A DNA stretch of 64,000 nucleotides, taken from NCBI GenBank assembly GCA_937899865.1, contig CALBRH010000063.1, positions 1,957-65,956 of the forward strand, read 5' to 3'. The first letter of the stretch is position 1; every line of letters begins with the position of its first letter. The position numbers and the translations under genes were made by a program. The notes beneath the pieces are model-generated. The model did not search any database. It was not told where the DNA came from and saw only the letters and a list, made by a program, of their open reading frames with translations. Positions 1 through 8,778 of this stretch are shown piece after piece. The DNA comes from an uncultured euryarchaeote (lineage in GTDB: Archaea > Thermoplasmatota > Poseidoniia > Poseidoniales > Poseidoniaceae).

Positions 1-150
1 CCCTGGTAACATTACATCTGGGTCGGAGAAACCCCAAGCCATGCCAGGGATAAACAAAACCAAAATTGGAATCATTATTAACATCCGAGTAGAGGTTAAT
101 TTGTCAACAAAAATTCGCTTGGAGATAGAAAAAATTTGACTACTCAGCAT
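1..150 (-). CDS. Membrane protein, N-terminal fragment that runs off the window edge. It is probably the ABC-2-type permease partner of the adjacent ATPase.
   Basis: There is a reverse-strand ATG at 150-148, one nt after the ATPase stop (154-152). My translation, MLSSQIFSISKRIFVDKLTSTRMLIMIPILVLFIPGMAWGF..., contains a hydrophobic span. It is absent from the ORF track because it has no stop in the window. Confidence 0.4.
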   Translation of the reverse strand, partial: MLSSQIFSISKRIFVDKLTSTRMLIMIPILVLFIPGMAWGFSDPDVMLPG

Positions 151-151
151 G

Positions 152-1177
152 TCATTCCTCCTCCGTAGTCGACCTTAATGGCATCATATTTGATGCTTGA
201 ATTTCCATGCCGATATCTTCAATTTCTAATCCAGTAGCGTGACACAATAATTCGACAATATCAGGGGTCTTACGCTTCCATTCAGTAATCTTGTGACCAG
301 CATCAACAATTTTCTTTATGGCATCATCAGCTGGATTTTGAATAGTGCATAGCCAGGTATTTTCAGTTGAAACACAGTCAAGAATAGTACCGGAATTAAT
401 TAAATTTTCAAAATCAGGTATTTCTCCTTCACCATTTAATTCGATTCTATTATCTAAGCCAAGACTAGATTCAATATCTTCTATAGTACCATTTGCAACT
501 ACTTGTCCACGATGAATTAGCAATAACTTATCGATTAAACCAACCAATCCACTAACTTGATGTGATGAGATAATAATTGAAACACCTTTACTTGCTAATT
601 GTTTAATCATTTTCTCAACAGATTTGGCTGCTACTGGATCAAGTCCATTGAATGGTTCGTCAAGCAGCAATATTTTCGGTGAACCCATCAAAGCAATCGC
701 TAAACTCAATCTTTGACGCATTCCTTGACTTAATTCATCGAGTGATGAGTCTGATTTAGTAGTAAGCCCGACTAATTTTAGTAACTTTTCACATGAGATT
801 GATTCAGGTCTCATTTCTGCAAATTCGTTCATTGTTTGCATTACAGTAGTACTACCAGACCACCTTACCTGCTCTGGCATATGCCCAACATTAACTCTAA
901 GTTGATTATCTATGGACATGCCTGATTTTGTAAGATCTATGCCATTGAGTTTAATGGTTCCATTATCGATTGGTATAATTCCCGCTAAAACTCGTAGTAG
1001 AGTGGTTTTCCCAGCACCATTTGGCCCGACAAGTCCGAAAATTTGACCCTTCGTTAGTGAAAAATTCATTCCAAAAATACCAGGTCCCTTGCGTGTTTTC
1101 CAAGGATTAGTGAATTTTGGATTAGGGATTTTATGGCGAAATGTGATATCAATTAACTCGATAACCTTGTCTGCCAT
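152..1177 (-). CDS. ABC transporter ATP-binding protein (ABC-2/exporter type) with a C-terminal extension of about 100 aa
   Basis: Walker A GPNGAGKTT, ABC signature LSQGMRQRL, Walker B LLLDEP and H-loop SSHQ. Confidence 0.9.
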   Translation of the reverse strand: MADKVIELIDITFRHKIPNPKFTNPWKTRKGPGIFGMNFSLTKGQIFGLVGPNGAGKTTLLRVLAGIIPIDNGTIKLNGIDLTKSGMSIDNQLRVNVGHMPEQVRWSGSTTVMQTMNEFAEMRPESISCEKLLKLVGLTTKSDSSLDELSQGMRQRLSLAIALMGSPKILLLDEPFNGLDPVAAKSVEKMIKQLASKGVSIIISSHQVSGLVGLIDKLLLIHRGQVVANGTIEDIESSLGLDNRIELNGEGEIPDFENLINSGTILDCVSTENTWLCTIQNPADDAIKKIVDAGHKITEWKRKTPDIVELLCHATGLEIEDIGMEIQASNMMPLRSTTEEE

Positions 1178-1274
1178 GATGTGGCCTGTTGGTTCAACTA
1201 TGACAAATTAACTTGAAAATCAATATATTTGGCAAACATTATTGCTATGTTACTTAATCCTCAATCTGTTTAAG

Positions 1275-2159
1275 ATGCTTTTCTCGGTTATCATATCCTT
1301 TCTTATGGTAGCTGTTCTATTCTTGATAGTTTACATTTCAAAGCGAAATGAAACAGATGGCCAAATCGAATACAGACTTGCATATGGTGACAAAGGTTTG
1401 GAAATGCTAATTGCATGTGTGGCCCTTTTATGGTTAATTCCATGGGGCGTTTTGATAGTTTTACCACTGGCATTAATTCTCTCAATACTAAGTCCAGCGG
1501 GCAGGGAATCATGGCAAGAATTTGGTAAAATTCGAACATATGCGATTATTTCTATGATTATTGTATTATTAATCGGAGGCTTTGCTCCAACATCAATCCC
1601 TAAGTCTCCAGAAGAGTGGGGGGCGCCATTATTTGTTGAAAATCCAAACGCACCTTTGTACCCTGCCGGACAACAATACACATGGCTAATGCTGCCAACA
1701 GATGGAGGATTGAATGTTGAAATCGTACAATCACTCAGTCTTAGAACGCCTCATCAATTAGGTAAATTTGCATCAGCATCATCCACTCTAGCAATTGCAG
1801 ATATTTTCGATATGCAACAGTCTAGAATGGTACAAGCAATCCAGTTGCTAGATGAACAGATTGTCTTTGATATTGATGAAAATGAAATGCTATTATTACC
1901 GATCAAGGACAAGAAAACACATACTTACGAGGCAGGTGGAGAAAAACATGAATTGGATATAAGACTGTATGAATTAAGGAGTCTGACGTTGAGTTCTGAT
2001 CCTCAAGGAGTTAAAGTTGGTGAAGTGTTTTGTGCAGCAGAATCATCTTGGGGTGGTGAACTGGATATTCTTGTAGTGGTTAGGCCAATAGGACATACAG
2101 GCTTGTCGAGCGACAGGTATGCTGAAAGCCTCACAGTACAGTGGTTATCTGCAGAATAA
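1275..2159 (+). CDS. Hypothetical membrane protein with N-terminal TM helices and a soluble C-terminal half
   Basis: Long ORF (the track starts at a TTG at 1242; I prefer the ATG at 1275). It has several hydrophobic spans in the first 120 aa or so. No recognisable family motif. Confidence 0.45.
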   Translation: MLFSVIISFLMVAVLFLIVYISKRNETDGQIEYRLAYGDKGLEMLIACVALLWLIPWGVLIVLPLALILSILSPAGRESWQEFGKIRTYAIISMIIVLLIGGFAPTSIPKSPEEWGAPLFVENPNAPLYPAGQQYTWLMLPTDGGLNVEIVQSLSLRTPHQLGKFASASSTLAIADIFDMQQSRMVQAIQLLDEQIVFDIDENEMLLLPIKDKKTHTYEAGGEKHELDIRLYELRSLTLSSDPQGVKVGEVFCAAESSWGGELDILVVVRPIGHTGLSSDRYAESLTVQWLSAE

Positions 2160-2233
2160 GTGCGGAAATTGAAAATTTAGGTCAGCCTAAACAATATATA
2201 TGAGTCACTTTTCGGGCAACCTAAAGTGATATC

Positions 2234-4423
2234 ATGACTAAAGCAAAAATACCAGCAATAATGATACTGATAACCCTACTTTCTGCAAGTCTTGCAGGAT
2301 GTATAGGAAATGAAGAAGAATCCAACTCGTCAAACTGTAGTGGTGATGAGTTAAAGATCGCATTTGATCTTAAAGATGATTTGACTCCTGAATCTATTGA
2401 TAACCCAAGTAGAATAGCAGACTATCTTTGTGATGTCTTAGATATGGATGTCACTATCTATGATGTTGACAGTGCTGCCTTAGCAATGGAGGCATTGAGA
2501 TTCGGAAATGCTGACATAGCAATGAATATTGACGGAGGTCCTGCCTGGGTTGGATGGAATGCTTACAATTTAGAAGTTCTAGCAGCCGACACAAAAGATG
2601 ATGGAAGAGCCTTCTATAATGCCCATGCATGGGTACTCAAGGGTAGTGAAATGGAGTTGGCTTTGAATGACGATGATGAGAATACAGATCCATTCGCTCT
2701 ACTAGAAGGAAAAACCTCATGCCACACAGGATGGTTGAAATCTGCAGGCATGCTAATGCCAATGGGATATTTGATCGGGAATGGTTACGTTAATGTTGAA
2801 GGAGATTTATCTGATACTGAAACCCTAAGAACCACAATTAATGACTACTTTGACGGCTCAACTGGAAAAGGCAACCCTGCATCAATACCTGTTAGTGGCG
2901 GATTGTATTCTGGCTACGCAGGAGCATTGGAGTGCTTGAGTGATGGACATGGAGATGTAGCGTTTGCTAAGGATTCAACTGTTGGCAGTTATTGTGCAAA
3001 TGAGAATGCTACAGATAATGCTGAGTGGTGTTTAGACATTAGCCAATATGTGCCACTTCCAAAATTCGGCTCATCACCTTCTCACTCCGTAATGTATAAC
3101 GAAGATGTGTTGGCAGAAGACAAAGAACAGGCTATCAAGGATGCCTTGATTCAGATGAAGGATGATGAAGAGGGACTAGCAATTCTACAAGAGGTTCTTG
3201 GAACTGATGCAATGATTGCAACCAACTCTCAAGACCATCTTGGCACATATGGTGCTGCATTAGAAAATATACCTGGAATCTCCACAAAATATGGCAATGC
3301 ATTTGATGGTGGAACTGCTTTGTCTGATATCAAGTCAACAATAACCATAGCATATTATCTTGCAGAGGACTCATCCGCTAATGCCAACGCAATAGGAATG
3401 GCTGAAAGACTGGAGAATGACCTTGGAGTAAATGTTGAATTGTATGATGTATCTTCTGAAGGTATGATTATTCAGGCCCTAAGATTCGGTAATGCAGACA
3501 TTGGTTTCATGGAAGGCGGTCCAGCATGGATTGCTTGGAAAGAGTATAATCTACAAGTCTTAGCGGTTGAAACCACAACCGCTGAACGAGATACATATTA
3601 CAATGCAGCAGCATGGGTACTGGCAAACAGTACTATGGCTCAATATCACCTTGATGGAGATGATACAACTGATCCGTTTGCCGAATTGGCTGGAAAAACA
3701 TCATGCCACACTGGTTGGTTGAAATCTGCGGGAATGTTGATGCCAATGGGTTACATGATTGGTAATGGTTATGTAAATCCTGTAGGAGATACTGAAGATA
3801 TCAATTCTCTAAGGGATACCATAAATGGTCATTTTGATGGCTCAACCGGAGCAGGAAATCCAGCTTCCATACCAGAAAGTGGTGGACTGTATTCCGGATA
3901 TTCAGGCGCTCTCGAGTGTTTAAGCGAGGGTTATGGAGATGTCGCATTTGCTAAAGGTGATGAATTCAGTACTGTTCACAAATATTGTGATAATGAGGAT
4001 TCAAATGACAACTCTGATTGGTGTTTGCCTTTAGATCAATACGTCCAATTGCCTGCATGGGGTTCCTCTCCAAGCCATCCGATAATGTACAATCCGGAAA
4101 CACTTGATGTTAGGACTCGAAATGCAATATTGAATTCAATGTTAAGTTGGAATGATGAGATGTGGGTAGAAGATTATGAGATGAATGGAGAGACTTACAC
4201 AGGTTGCTACAATACTGTAACTCATTTCGTTGCTGACATACCTCAAGTTCAATGTGGTGGAGAGATTCTATCTAGCGTCACAAGCAAGGGCTACGGTTTA
4301 GCTGCAGGAAATAGTCAGAACCATTTGGGAAGTTATTCTGATCTGTTATCAGCAATACCTGGATTGTCAAAGTACTATCATGACGAAAAATATGGTATTA
4401 CTGAAGCACAAGACCAGTCCTAG
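2234..4423 (+). CDS. Bilobal transferrin-like substrate-binding lipoprotein of an ABC importer. It would probably be auto-annotated as PhnD-like.
   Basis: Signal peptide with lipobox LAGC (Cys23, nt 2300-2302). Two homologous halves each carry ADI..(D/E)GGPAW, (F/Y)YNA.AWVL, KTSCHTGWLKSAGMLMPMGY, GGLYSGY.GALECLS.G.GDVAFAK and SSPSH. These align by eye with the transferrin lobe ligand and anion-site motifs. The gene lies directly upstream of the ABC ATPase and permease. Confidence 0.8.
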   Translation: MTKAKIPAIMILITLLSASLAGCIGNEEESNSSNCSGDELKIAFDLKDDLTPESIDNPSRIADYLCDVLDMDVTIYDVDSAALAMEALRFGNADIAMNIDGGPAWVGWNAYNLEVLAADTKDDGRAFYNAHAWVLKGSEMELALNDDDENTDPFALLEGKTSCHTGWLKSAGMLMPMGYLIGNGYVNVEGDLSDTETLRTTINDYFDGSTGKGNPASIPVSGGLYSGYAGALECLSDGHGDVAFAKDSTVGSYCANENATDNAEWCLDISQYVPLPKFGSSPSHSVMYNEDVLAEDKEQAIKDALIQMKDDEEGLAILQEVLGTDAMIATNSQDHLGTYGAALENIPGISTKYGNAFDGGTALSDIKSTITIAYYLAEDSSANANAIGMAERLENDLGVNVELYDVSSEGMIIQALRFGNADIGFMEGGPAWIAWKEYNLQVLAVETTTAERDTYYNAAAWVLANSTMAQYHLDGDDTTDPFAELAGKTSCHTGWLKSAGMLMPMGYMIGNGYVNPVGDTEDINSLRDTINGHFDGSTGAGNPASIPESGGLYSGYSGALECLSEGYGDVAFAKGDEFSTVHKYCDNEDSNDNSDWCLPLDQYVQLPAWGSSPSHPIMYNPETLDVRTRNAILNSMLSWNDEMWVEDYEMNGETYTGCYNTVTHFVADIPQVQCGGEILSSVTSKGYGLAAGNSQNHLGSYSDLLSAIPGLSKYYHDEKYGITEAQDQS
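2348..3337 (+). repeat. Lobe 1 of the intragenic tandem duplication in the transferrin-like protein
   Basis: Roughly aa 39-368. It is collinear with lobe 2, and long motif blocks are identical (for example tcatgccacac.gg.tggttgaaatctgc at about 2717 and about 3700). Confidence 0.8.
3338..4423 (+). repeat. Lobe 2 of the intragenic tandem duplication in the transferrin-like protein
   Basis: Roughly aa 369-729, with the same motif order as lobe 1. It has an extra C-terminal segment of about 40 aa (WNDEMWVEDYEMNGETYTGCY...). Confidence 0.8.
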
Positions 4424-4458
4424 ATAGGGTAGTTCCTAAATACAATCTGCTTGCCGCA

Positions 4459-5193
4459 GTGGAATGGGGTGAATTTTTGGGGCGGCCTAAACCAGTGGAC
4501 GAAGTTACTGTTTGGGACGGTTTAACCGCTGGTTTAGAACCCATTATTCAACTACGTAGCCTAAATATTGGATATGGCAAATCTTTGGCAAAAGACATAA
4601 CTGCAGAAATTTACACTGGAGATAGAATTGCAATTATTGGTCCATCTGGTGTTGGTAAAACTACCTTACTTCGGACCATTGCCGGTCTAATAGCACCATT
4701 GTCAGGAGAAATCAATAACAATTGTTCTGGCAGAGGCGATATAGGTTACATTCCACAGAAACTAGGTTTAGTAAGGCATAGTAGCGCTAAGAGCAATGTT
4801 ATGCTTGGTGCAAGAACCAGAAAGTCTCGACTACACTTACCATTCTTTGGTATTGGTGAGGAGCTGAATAAAGAGGTCGATCAATTATTACAAAAATTAG
4901 GAATTAGCGAAATTTCTGATGAGCCAGTTAGGATTTTATCTGGTGGTCAACAAAGACGTGTAGCGATTGCAAGAGCCTTGATTCAGAAGCCGAAATTAAT
5001 TCTGGCAGATGAATTTCTTGGTGAACTTGATTCTGATAATATAGATTCAATCATAGATATTTTAGAGACTCAACTTAGTGAGATAAATGCCACTTTAGTG
5101 ATGGTTGAACATCAAGAAAATATTGCCCGAAGCATAGCGACAAGAATATGGCGCATTGTGGATAATCAAATCATTGAGGAGAGAGTTCAATGA
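4459..5193 (+). CDS. ABC importer ATP-binding protein (PhnC-like)
   Basis: Walker A GPSGVGKTT, signature LSGGQQRRV, Walker B LILADE and H-loop VEHQ. GTG start in the track. The stop overlaps the start of the next gene (ATGA). Confidence 0.85.
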   Translation: MEWGEFLGRPKPVDEVTVWDGLTAGLEPIIQLRSLNIGYGKSLAKDITAEIYTGDRIAIIGPSGVGKTTLLRTIAGLIAPLSGEINNNCSGRGDIGYIPQKLGLVRHSSAKSNVMLGARTRKSRLHLPFFGIGEELNKEVDQLLQKLGISEISDEPVRILSGGQQRRVAIARALIQKPKLILADEFLGELDSDNIDSIIDILETQLSEINATLVMVEHQENIARSIATRIWRIVDNQIIEERVQ

Positions 5194-6077
5194 ACAAAAA
5201 ACTCCTGCTATGGATTATTGCTACTGGGATTCTAACAATCCTAGCAATTGATGATATTGTAGAAGATTGGTCTACAATTGATGGTAGTTTTGAGAATATT
5301 TACATATTTTTTACCCAAGATTTGTTTCCTCCTGATTGGTCAATTTTATCATCAGAGCCTAACATAAAGTGTAACTCAGAGATTGGTTTTTTCTGTTCTC
5401 AAGCATGGAAAGGTATTTCGGAAACACTTCAAATGGCGTTTATTGCTACAGTTCTTGGATTTGTAATCTCATTGCCAATAGCATCTTTAGCAGCGAATAA
5501 CCTGTATCCTCTTCCAATCGCAATGGCAGCAAGAGTAGTATTAGCAGGCCTTCGAAGTTTGCCGAGTATTATTTGGGCACTAATTTTTACTATTGCGATT
5601 GGATTTGGCCCATTTTCAGGGGTTTTAGCAATGACACTGTACACTATTGGTTATTTGGGTAAACTTCAGTATGAAGCAATTGAGGGCATTGCTAACGAAC
5701 CTTTAGAAGCCTCGATGGCAATGGGGCTAACTAAATCTGAACGATTCTTATTCGTTGTAATTCCCGAGTCAAGTAATAATTTGATAAGTCAATTGCTGTT
5801 TATGTTTGAATACAATGTACGCCATGGAACAGTTCTAGGATTAGTTGGTGCTGGCGGTATAGGGCAATATATTGATACAAATCTAAAATTCTTCGTTTAT
5901 GACAAAGCTATGGCTTTCTTGATAGTGATATTTGTTGTGGTCGTGATTATCGATATATTGTCGATGGTTATCCGCTCCTATGTGACCGATGAAAGCGATT
6001 TCAAGCGACCAAAATGGTGGACGGTTTTACTACCTAGCGATGCCGCGATGAAAATTCACAGGCGAAATTTAGAGTAG
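5190..6077 (+). CDS. ABC importer permease (PhnE-like)
   Basis: Multi-TM protein with an EAA-type loop, EAIEGIANEPLEASMAMGLTKSERFLFVVIPE. It is translationally coupled to the ATPase. Confidence 0.8.
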   Translation: MNKKLLLWIIATGILTILAIDDIVEDWSTIDGSFENIYIFFTQDLFPPDWSILSSEPNIKCNSEIGFFCSQAWKGISETLQMAFIATVLGFVISLPIASLAANNLYPLPIAMAARVVLAGLRSLPSIIWALIFTIAIGFGPFSGVLAMTLYTIGYLGKLQYEAIEGIANEPLEASMAMGLTKSERFLFVVIPESSNNLISQLLFMFEYNVRHGTVLGLVGAGGIGQYIDTNLKFFVYDKAMAFLIVIFVVVVIIDILSMVIRSYVTDESDFKRPKWWTVLLPSDAAMKIHRRNLE

Positions 6078-6083
6078 GAGTAA

Positions 6084-6299
6084 TTACTCAGCAGCAATGT
6101 GAACTGCACCTGCTTTGTAGAATACCTGGATTCTATCTGGTACTTTTCTAGTTAGTCCAGCAACAGCCTCATAAATCTCATCTTTCTTTACTTTGAATGC
6201 TTTAGCTGCATTGGCGGTAGACCATGGAACAGTTTCAAAGTCAGACTGGCGAATCCACTCGAACAGTCTCGCTTCTAGTTCGCTCAATTCATCCGCCAT
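6084..6299 (-). CDS. Small hypothetical protein (71 aa), possibly winged-helix-like
   Basis: The ORF fits neatly between neighbouring genes and has a balanced composition. No motif recognised. Confidence 0.35.
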   Translation of the reverse strand: MADELSELEARLFEWIRQSDFETVPWSTANAAKAFKVKKDEIYEAVAGLTRKVPDRIQVFYKAGAVHIAAE

Positions 6300-6348
6300 G
6301 ATGTGCGGAAGGCAATATCATACAAAACAACACCGACGAATAAACAAT

Positions 6349-7347
6349 TCAATTCAAACCGACAATTCTACGACAGCATTCTTCTGCATCAATGTCGCCA
6401 TCAAGTAATTTGTTGATTGCTTTAGTGAATGGAACATTGATATTTTCATCTTCAGCTCGATTGATGAACATTCTTGCTGCTCTAACACCTTCTGCTACCA
6501 TGGTCATCTCTGCCAACGCTTCTTCAACTGATAATCCGGTACCTAACTTCTCGCCCATACTACGATTTCTTCCGTAGGGGGATGTGGCAGTAACGTATAG
6601 ATCGCCTAAGCCAGCCGGTCCAAATGCAACTTCTGCTTTCGCTCCAAGTTGCGGTAATAGTAGACAACCTTCCTTGAATCCAGCCATGAAAATTGCCGCT
6701 TTTAGATTGTCTCCGCCAAGTGTTCCGACTTTTTTGAGTCCATCAACAAGACCACAGGTTAATGCGATGACATTCTTGAATGCGCCCCATAATTCTGCAC
6801 CGACAGGATCTGATGCAGAATGTAGAATAAATGTTTGAGTGGTCAAAGTTTCTGCTAATCGTTTAGCAATAGATTCATCCTCACTCGCAACTAAGGCGGT
6901 CGTGATGACTCCACCTGCCGCTTCTGGTGCAATAGTTGGACCAGTAACTACAGCTAATGGATTGGATTTTTGTGCGGCATTGAGTTTTTCATGAATAGCT
7001 TGAGAGATTAACCGTTTGCCTGGGGCTAAACCTTTTGCAAGGTCAATAAGAACATGCCCAGGTCTCAAGTGTGGAATTACTTCATCAACAACATCTAAAA
7101 TAACTGAAGATGGAATTGCTAAAACGACTATTTCTACGCCATCTAAAGCCTCATCAAGCCGCATTGTTGCTTCCAATCCTTCGACAGAATGATTTGGGAG
7201 ATATTTTCTGTTTATACCATCCATAACAACAGACTCATACACTTCTTGTTCGATGGTCCATCCCTTTACCTTGTGGCCTTCTAACAACCACATTCTAGCC
7301 ACCGCAGTGCCCCAATTTCCAAGTCCAAGAATTGCAATATGTGCCAT
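6349..7347 (-). CDS. gpsA: NAD(P)H-dependent sn-glycerol-3-phosphate dehydrogenase
   Basis: N-terminal Rossmann motif ILGLGNWGTA, a length of 332 aa, and GpsA-like blocks (PSS..., GPT.A.E, NV.A...G..DGL). Confidence 0.85.
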   Translation of the reverse strand: MAHIAILGLGNWGTAVARMWLLEGHKVKGWTIEQEVYESVVMDGINRKYLPNHSVEGLEATMRLDEALDGVEIVVLAIPSSVILDVVDEVIPHLRPGHVLIDLAKGLAPGKRLISQAIHEKLNAAQKSNPLAVVTGPTIAPEAAGGVITTALVASEDESIAKRLAETLTTQTFILHSASDPVGAELWGAFKNVIALTCGLVDGLKKVGTLGGDNLKAAIFMAGFKEGCLLLPQLGAKAEVAFGPAGLGDLYVTATSPYGRNRSMGEKLGTGLSVEEALAEMTMVAEGVRAARMFINRAEDENINVPFTKAINKLLDGDIDAEECCRRIVGLN

Positions 7348-7441
7348 GTTGACCGAAACTGCGATTTGTATTGTCTTTATGTTAATTGCCGCTATATGAA
7401 GGTGAAATTATTGATTTGAGGATGTTATTCCAACAACGAGG

Positions 7442-8635
7442 TCAGAAAAGGTCTTCATCTTCTTCATCAAAGTCAAAGACATCAGTATCGTCTTTTTCTT
7501 CTTTCTTCTTTGCTTTAGTAGCCTTAGGCTTTGGTTTCGCTTTTTGCTTTGTTTCTTTAGCGGAATCATCTTTTTTGGCCTTTGCATCAGCCTCGGCCTT
7601 TTGCGCAGCAGCCTTCTTTTTCATCTCTTCAGTAGCAGCTTGAGTACGAGCATTAGCAATTTCAAGTTCTCTAGCTTTTATTTCTTCAGTAGACCTACCA
7701 GTTTGCGCTGCGAGACTTCTTCTTCTATCTTCTCTGGCTTTACGCTCGAGTTGCTTGTGTCTTGCCTTTTCGATATTTTGTAGCATGTACATAGCATCGT
7801 GCTCAAGCAATGGCGAATCTGAGATAAGTGTAATGTCTAACCATCCGCCCTCTTCTACAATAAATTCTGCTAGAGGTTCAAAGTTCAAGTCTGACTTCTT
7901 GATTTGAGTATAGTGCATTGCATTACCAGTTCTGTGTTCGACTCCAGAGAAATGGCAGTAGAATTCTTTGGTACCAATTGTTTCCCTCACTAAATCAAAC
8001 ATTTCTCCATAATCTTCAGAGGTCCTCATACTACCATGTCCTCTGGAATGTATGTGGGCAATGTTGAGTACCGGTACAGTTCCTTCAACATGGTTAACAA
8101 CTTCAAGAACTTCTTCAAGACTACCCCATAACTCTTGTCGACCTGAGGTTTCAATACCAATTTTTGATGGAGTTCCGTCCTTTAACCATGGGAATACAGG
8201 GTAAATATCTTCATCATCATGCCAAATTTCGTGGACTCTATCAACAATTCCGGCAAATACATTCGCTAATTGTTCGTTTGCTGCACGACCTCTGCCCATA
8301 TCGCCGTAATGTCCAGCATGGAGCGTTATGTGACGAGCATTGATTGTCTTAGCTGCTTGTAATGTAGATTCAATTTTGGTCAATGAACGTCCTCTTTCGA
8401 CTCTATCACCAAGTAATTCCGAATAATAAGGGCCGTGAATGTTCATTTCGAATTCAGTTTTATTAGCCAAAACTCCGGCTTGCCAGTATTGTTCAAAATG
8501 TTGTGGAGCAATCATTCTAACAGTCTGGACTTCCATGGTTTCCAAACCAAGAGAGATGATGTCGTCCATACCTTCTACGATAGTACGACCTTTGCATGAT
8601 AATGGAATACCTGCTGGACCCAATCTAATCGGCAA
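7442..8635 (-). CDS. Endonuclease IV family (AP endonuclease 2, TIM barrel) protein with a Lys/Glu/Ala-rich C-terminal tail of about 95 aa
   Basis: Blocks parallel E. coli Nfo metal-ligand regions: IHGPYYSEL, ITLHAGHYG, IGIETSGRQ, LNIAHIHSRGHG, YCHFSGVEH and LISDSP. The tail runs KKKAAAQKAEADAKAKKDDSAKETKQKAKPKPKATKAKKKEE...DEEDEDLF. Confidence 0.6.
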   Translation of the reverse strand: MPIRLGPAGIPLSCKGRTIVEGMDDIISLGLETMEVQTVRMIAPQHFEQYWQAGVLANKTEFEMNIHGPYYSELLGDRVERGRSLTKIESTLQAAKTINARHITLHAGHYGDMGRGRAANEQLANVFAGIVDRVHEIWHDDEDIYPVFPWLKDGTPSKIGIETSGRQELWGSLEEVLEVVNHVEGTVPVLNIAHIHSRGHGSMRTSEDYGEMFDLVRETIGTKEFYCHFSGVEHRTGNAMHYTQIKKSDLNFEPLAEFIVEEGGWLDITLISDSPLLEHDAMYMLQNIEKARHKQLERKAREDRRRSLAAQTGRSTEEIKARELEIANARTQAATEEMKKKAAAQKAEADAKAKKDDSAKETKQKAKPKPKATKAKKKEEKDDTDVFDFDEEDEDLF

Positions 8636-8778
8636 CTACATCCCCCCGCAGGTTCAAGCCAATGGTCACCTAATGATAAGACCTTTCCGTTATTCGGGCA
8701 AAAAGACCCGTAAAAAGGTAAATTTGGTTGCTATGATTTTATGCGACACTTCATCAATGAGAGGTTCAACCCGTAGGC

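Noticed and set aside
2234-4423. Reading the binding protein simply as a phosphonate/phosphite-binding PhnD because of the PhnC/PhnE-like partners
   Set aside because: This reading is not fully excluded. It is disfavoured because both halves carry the transferrin ligand and anion-site motifs in the correct order and the protein is twice the size of PhnD. It needs a profile search to settle.
7386-7783. Plus-strand ORFs of 85 and 79 aa (S/F/L-rich) overlapping the 3' end of the endonuclease IV-like gene
   Set aside because: They are antisense readings of the Lys/Glu/Ala-rich tail (AAG/GAA repeats read as CTT/TTC). They have low-complexity composition and no start context.
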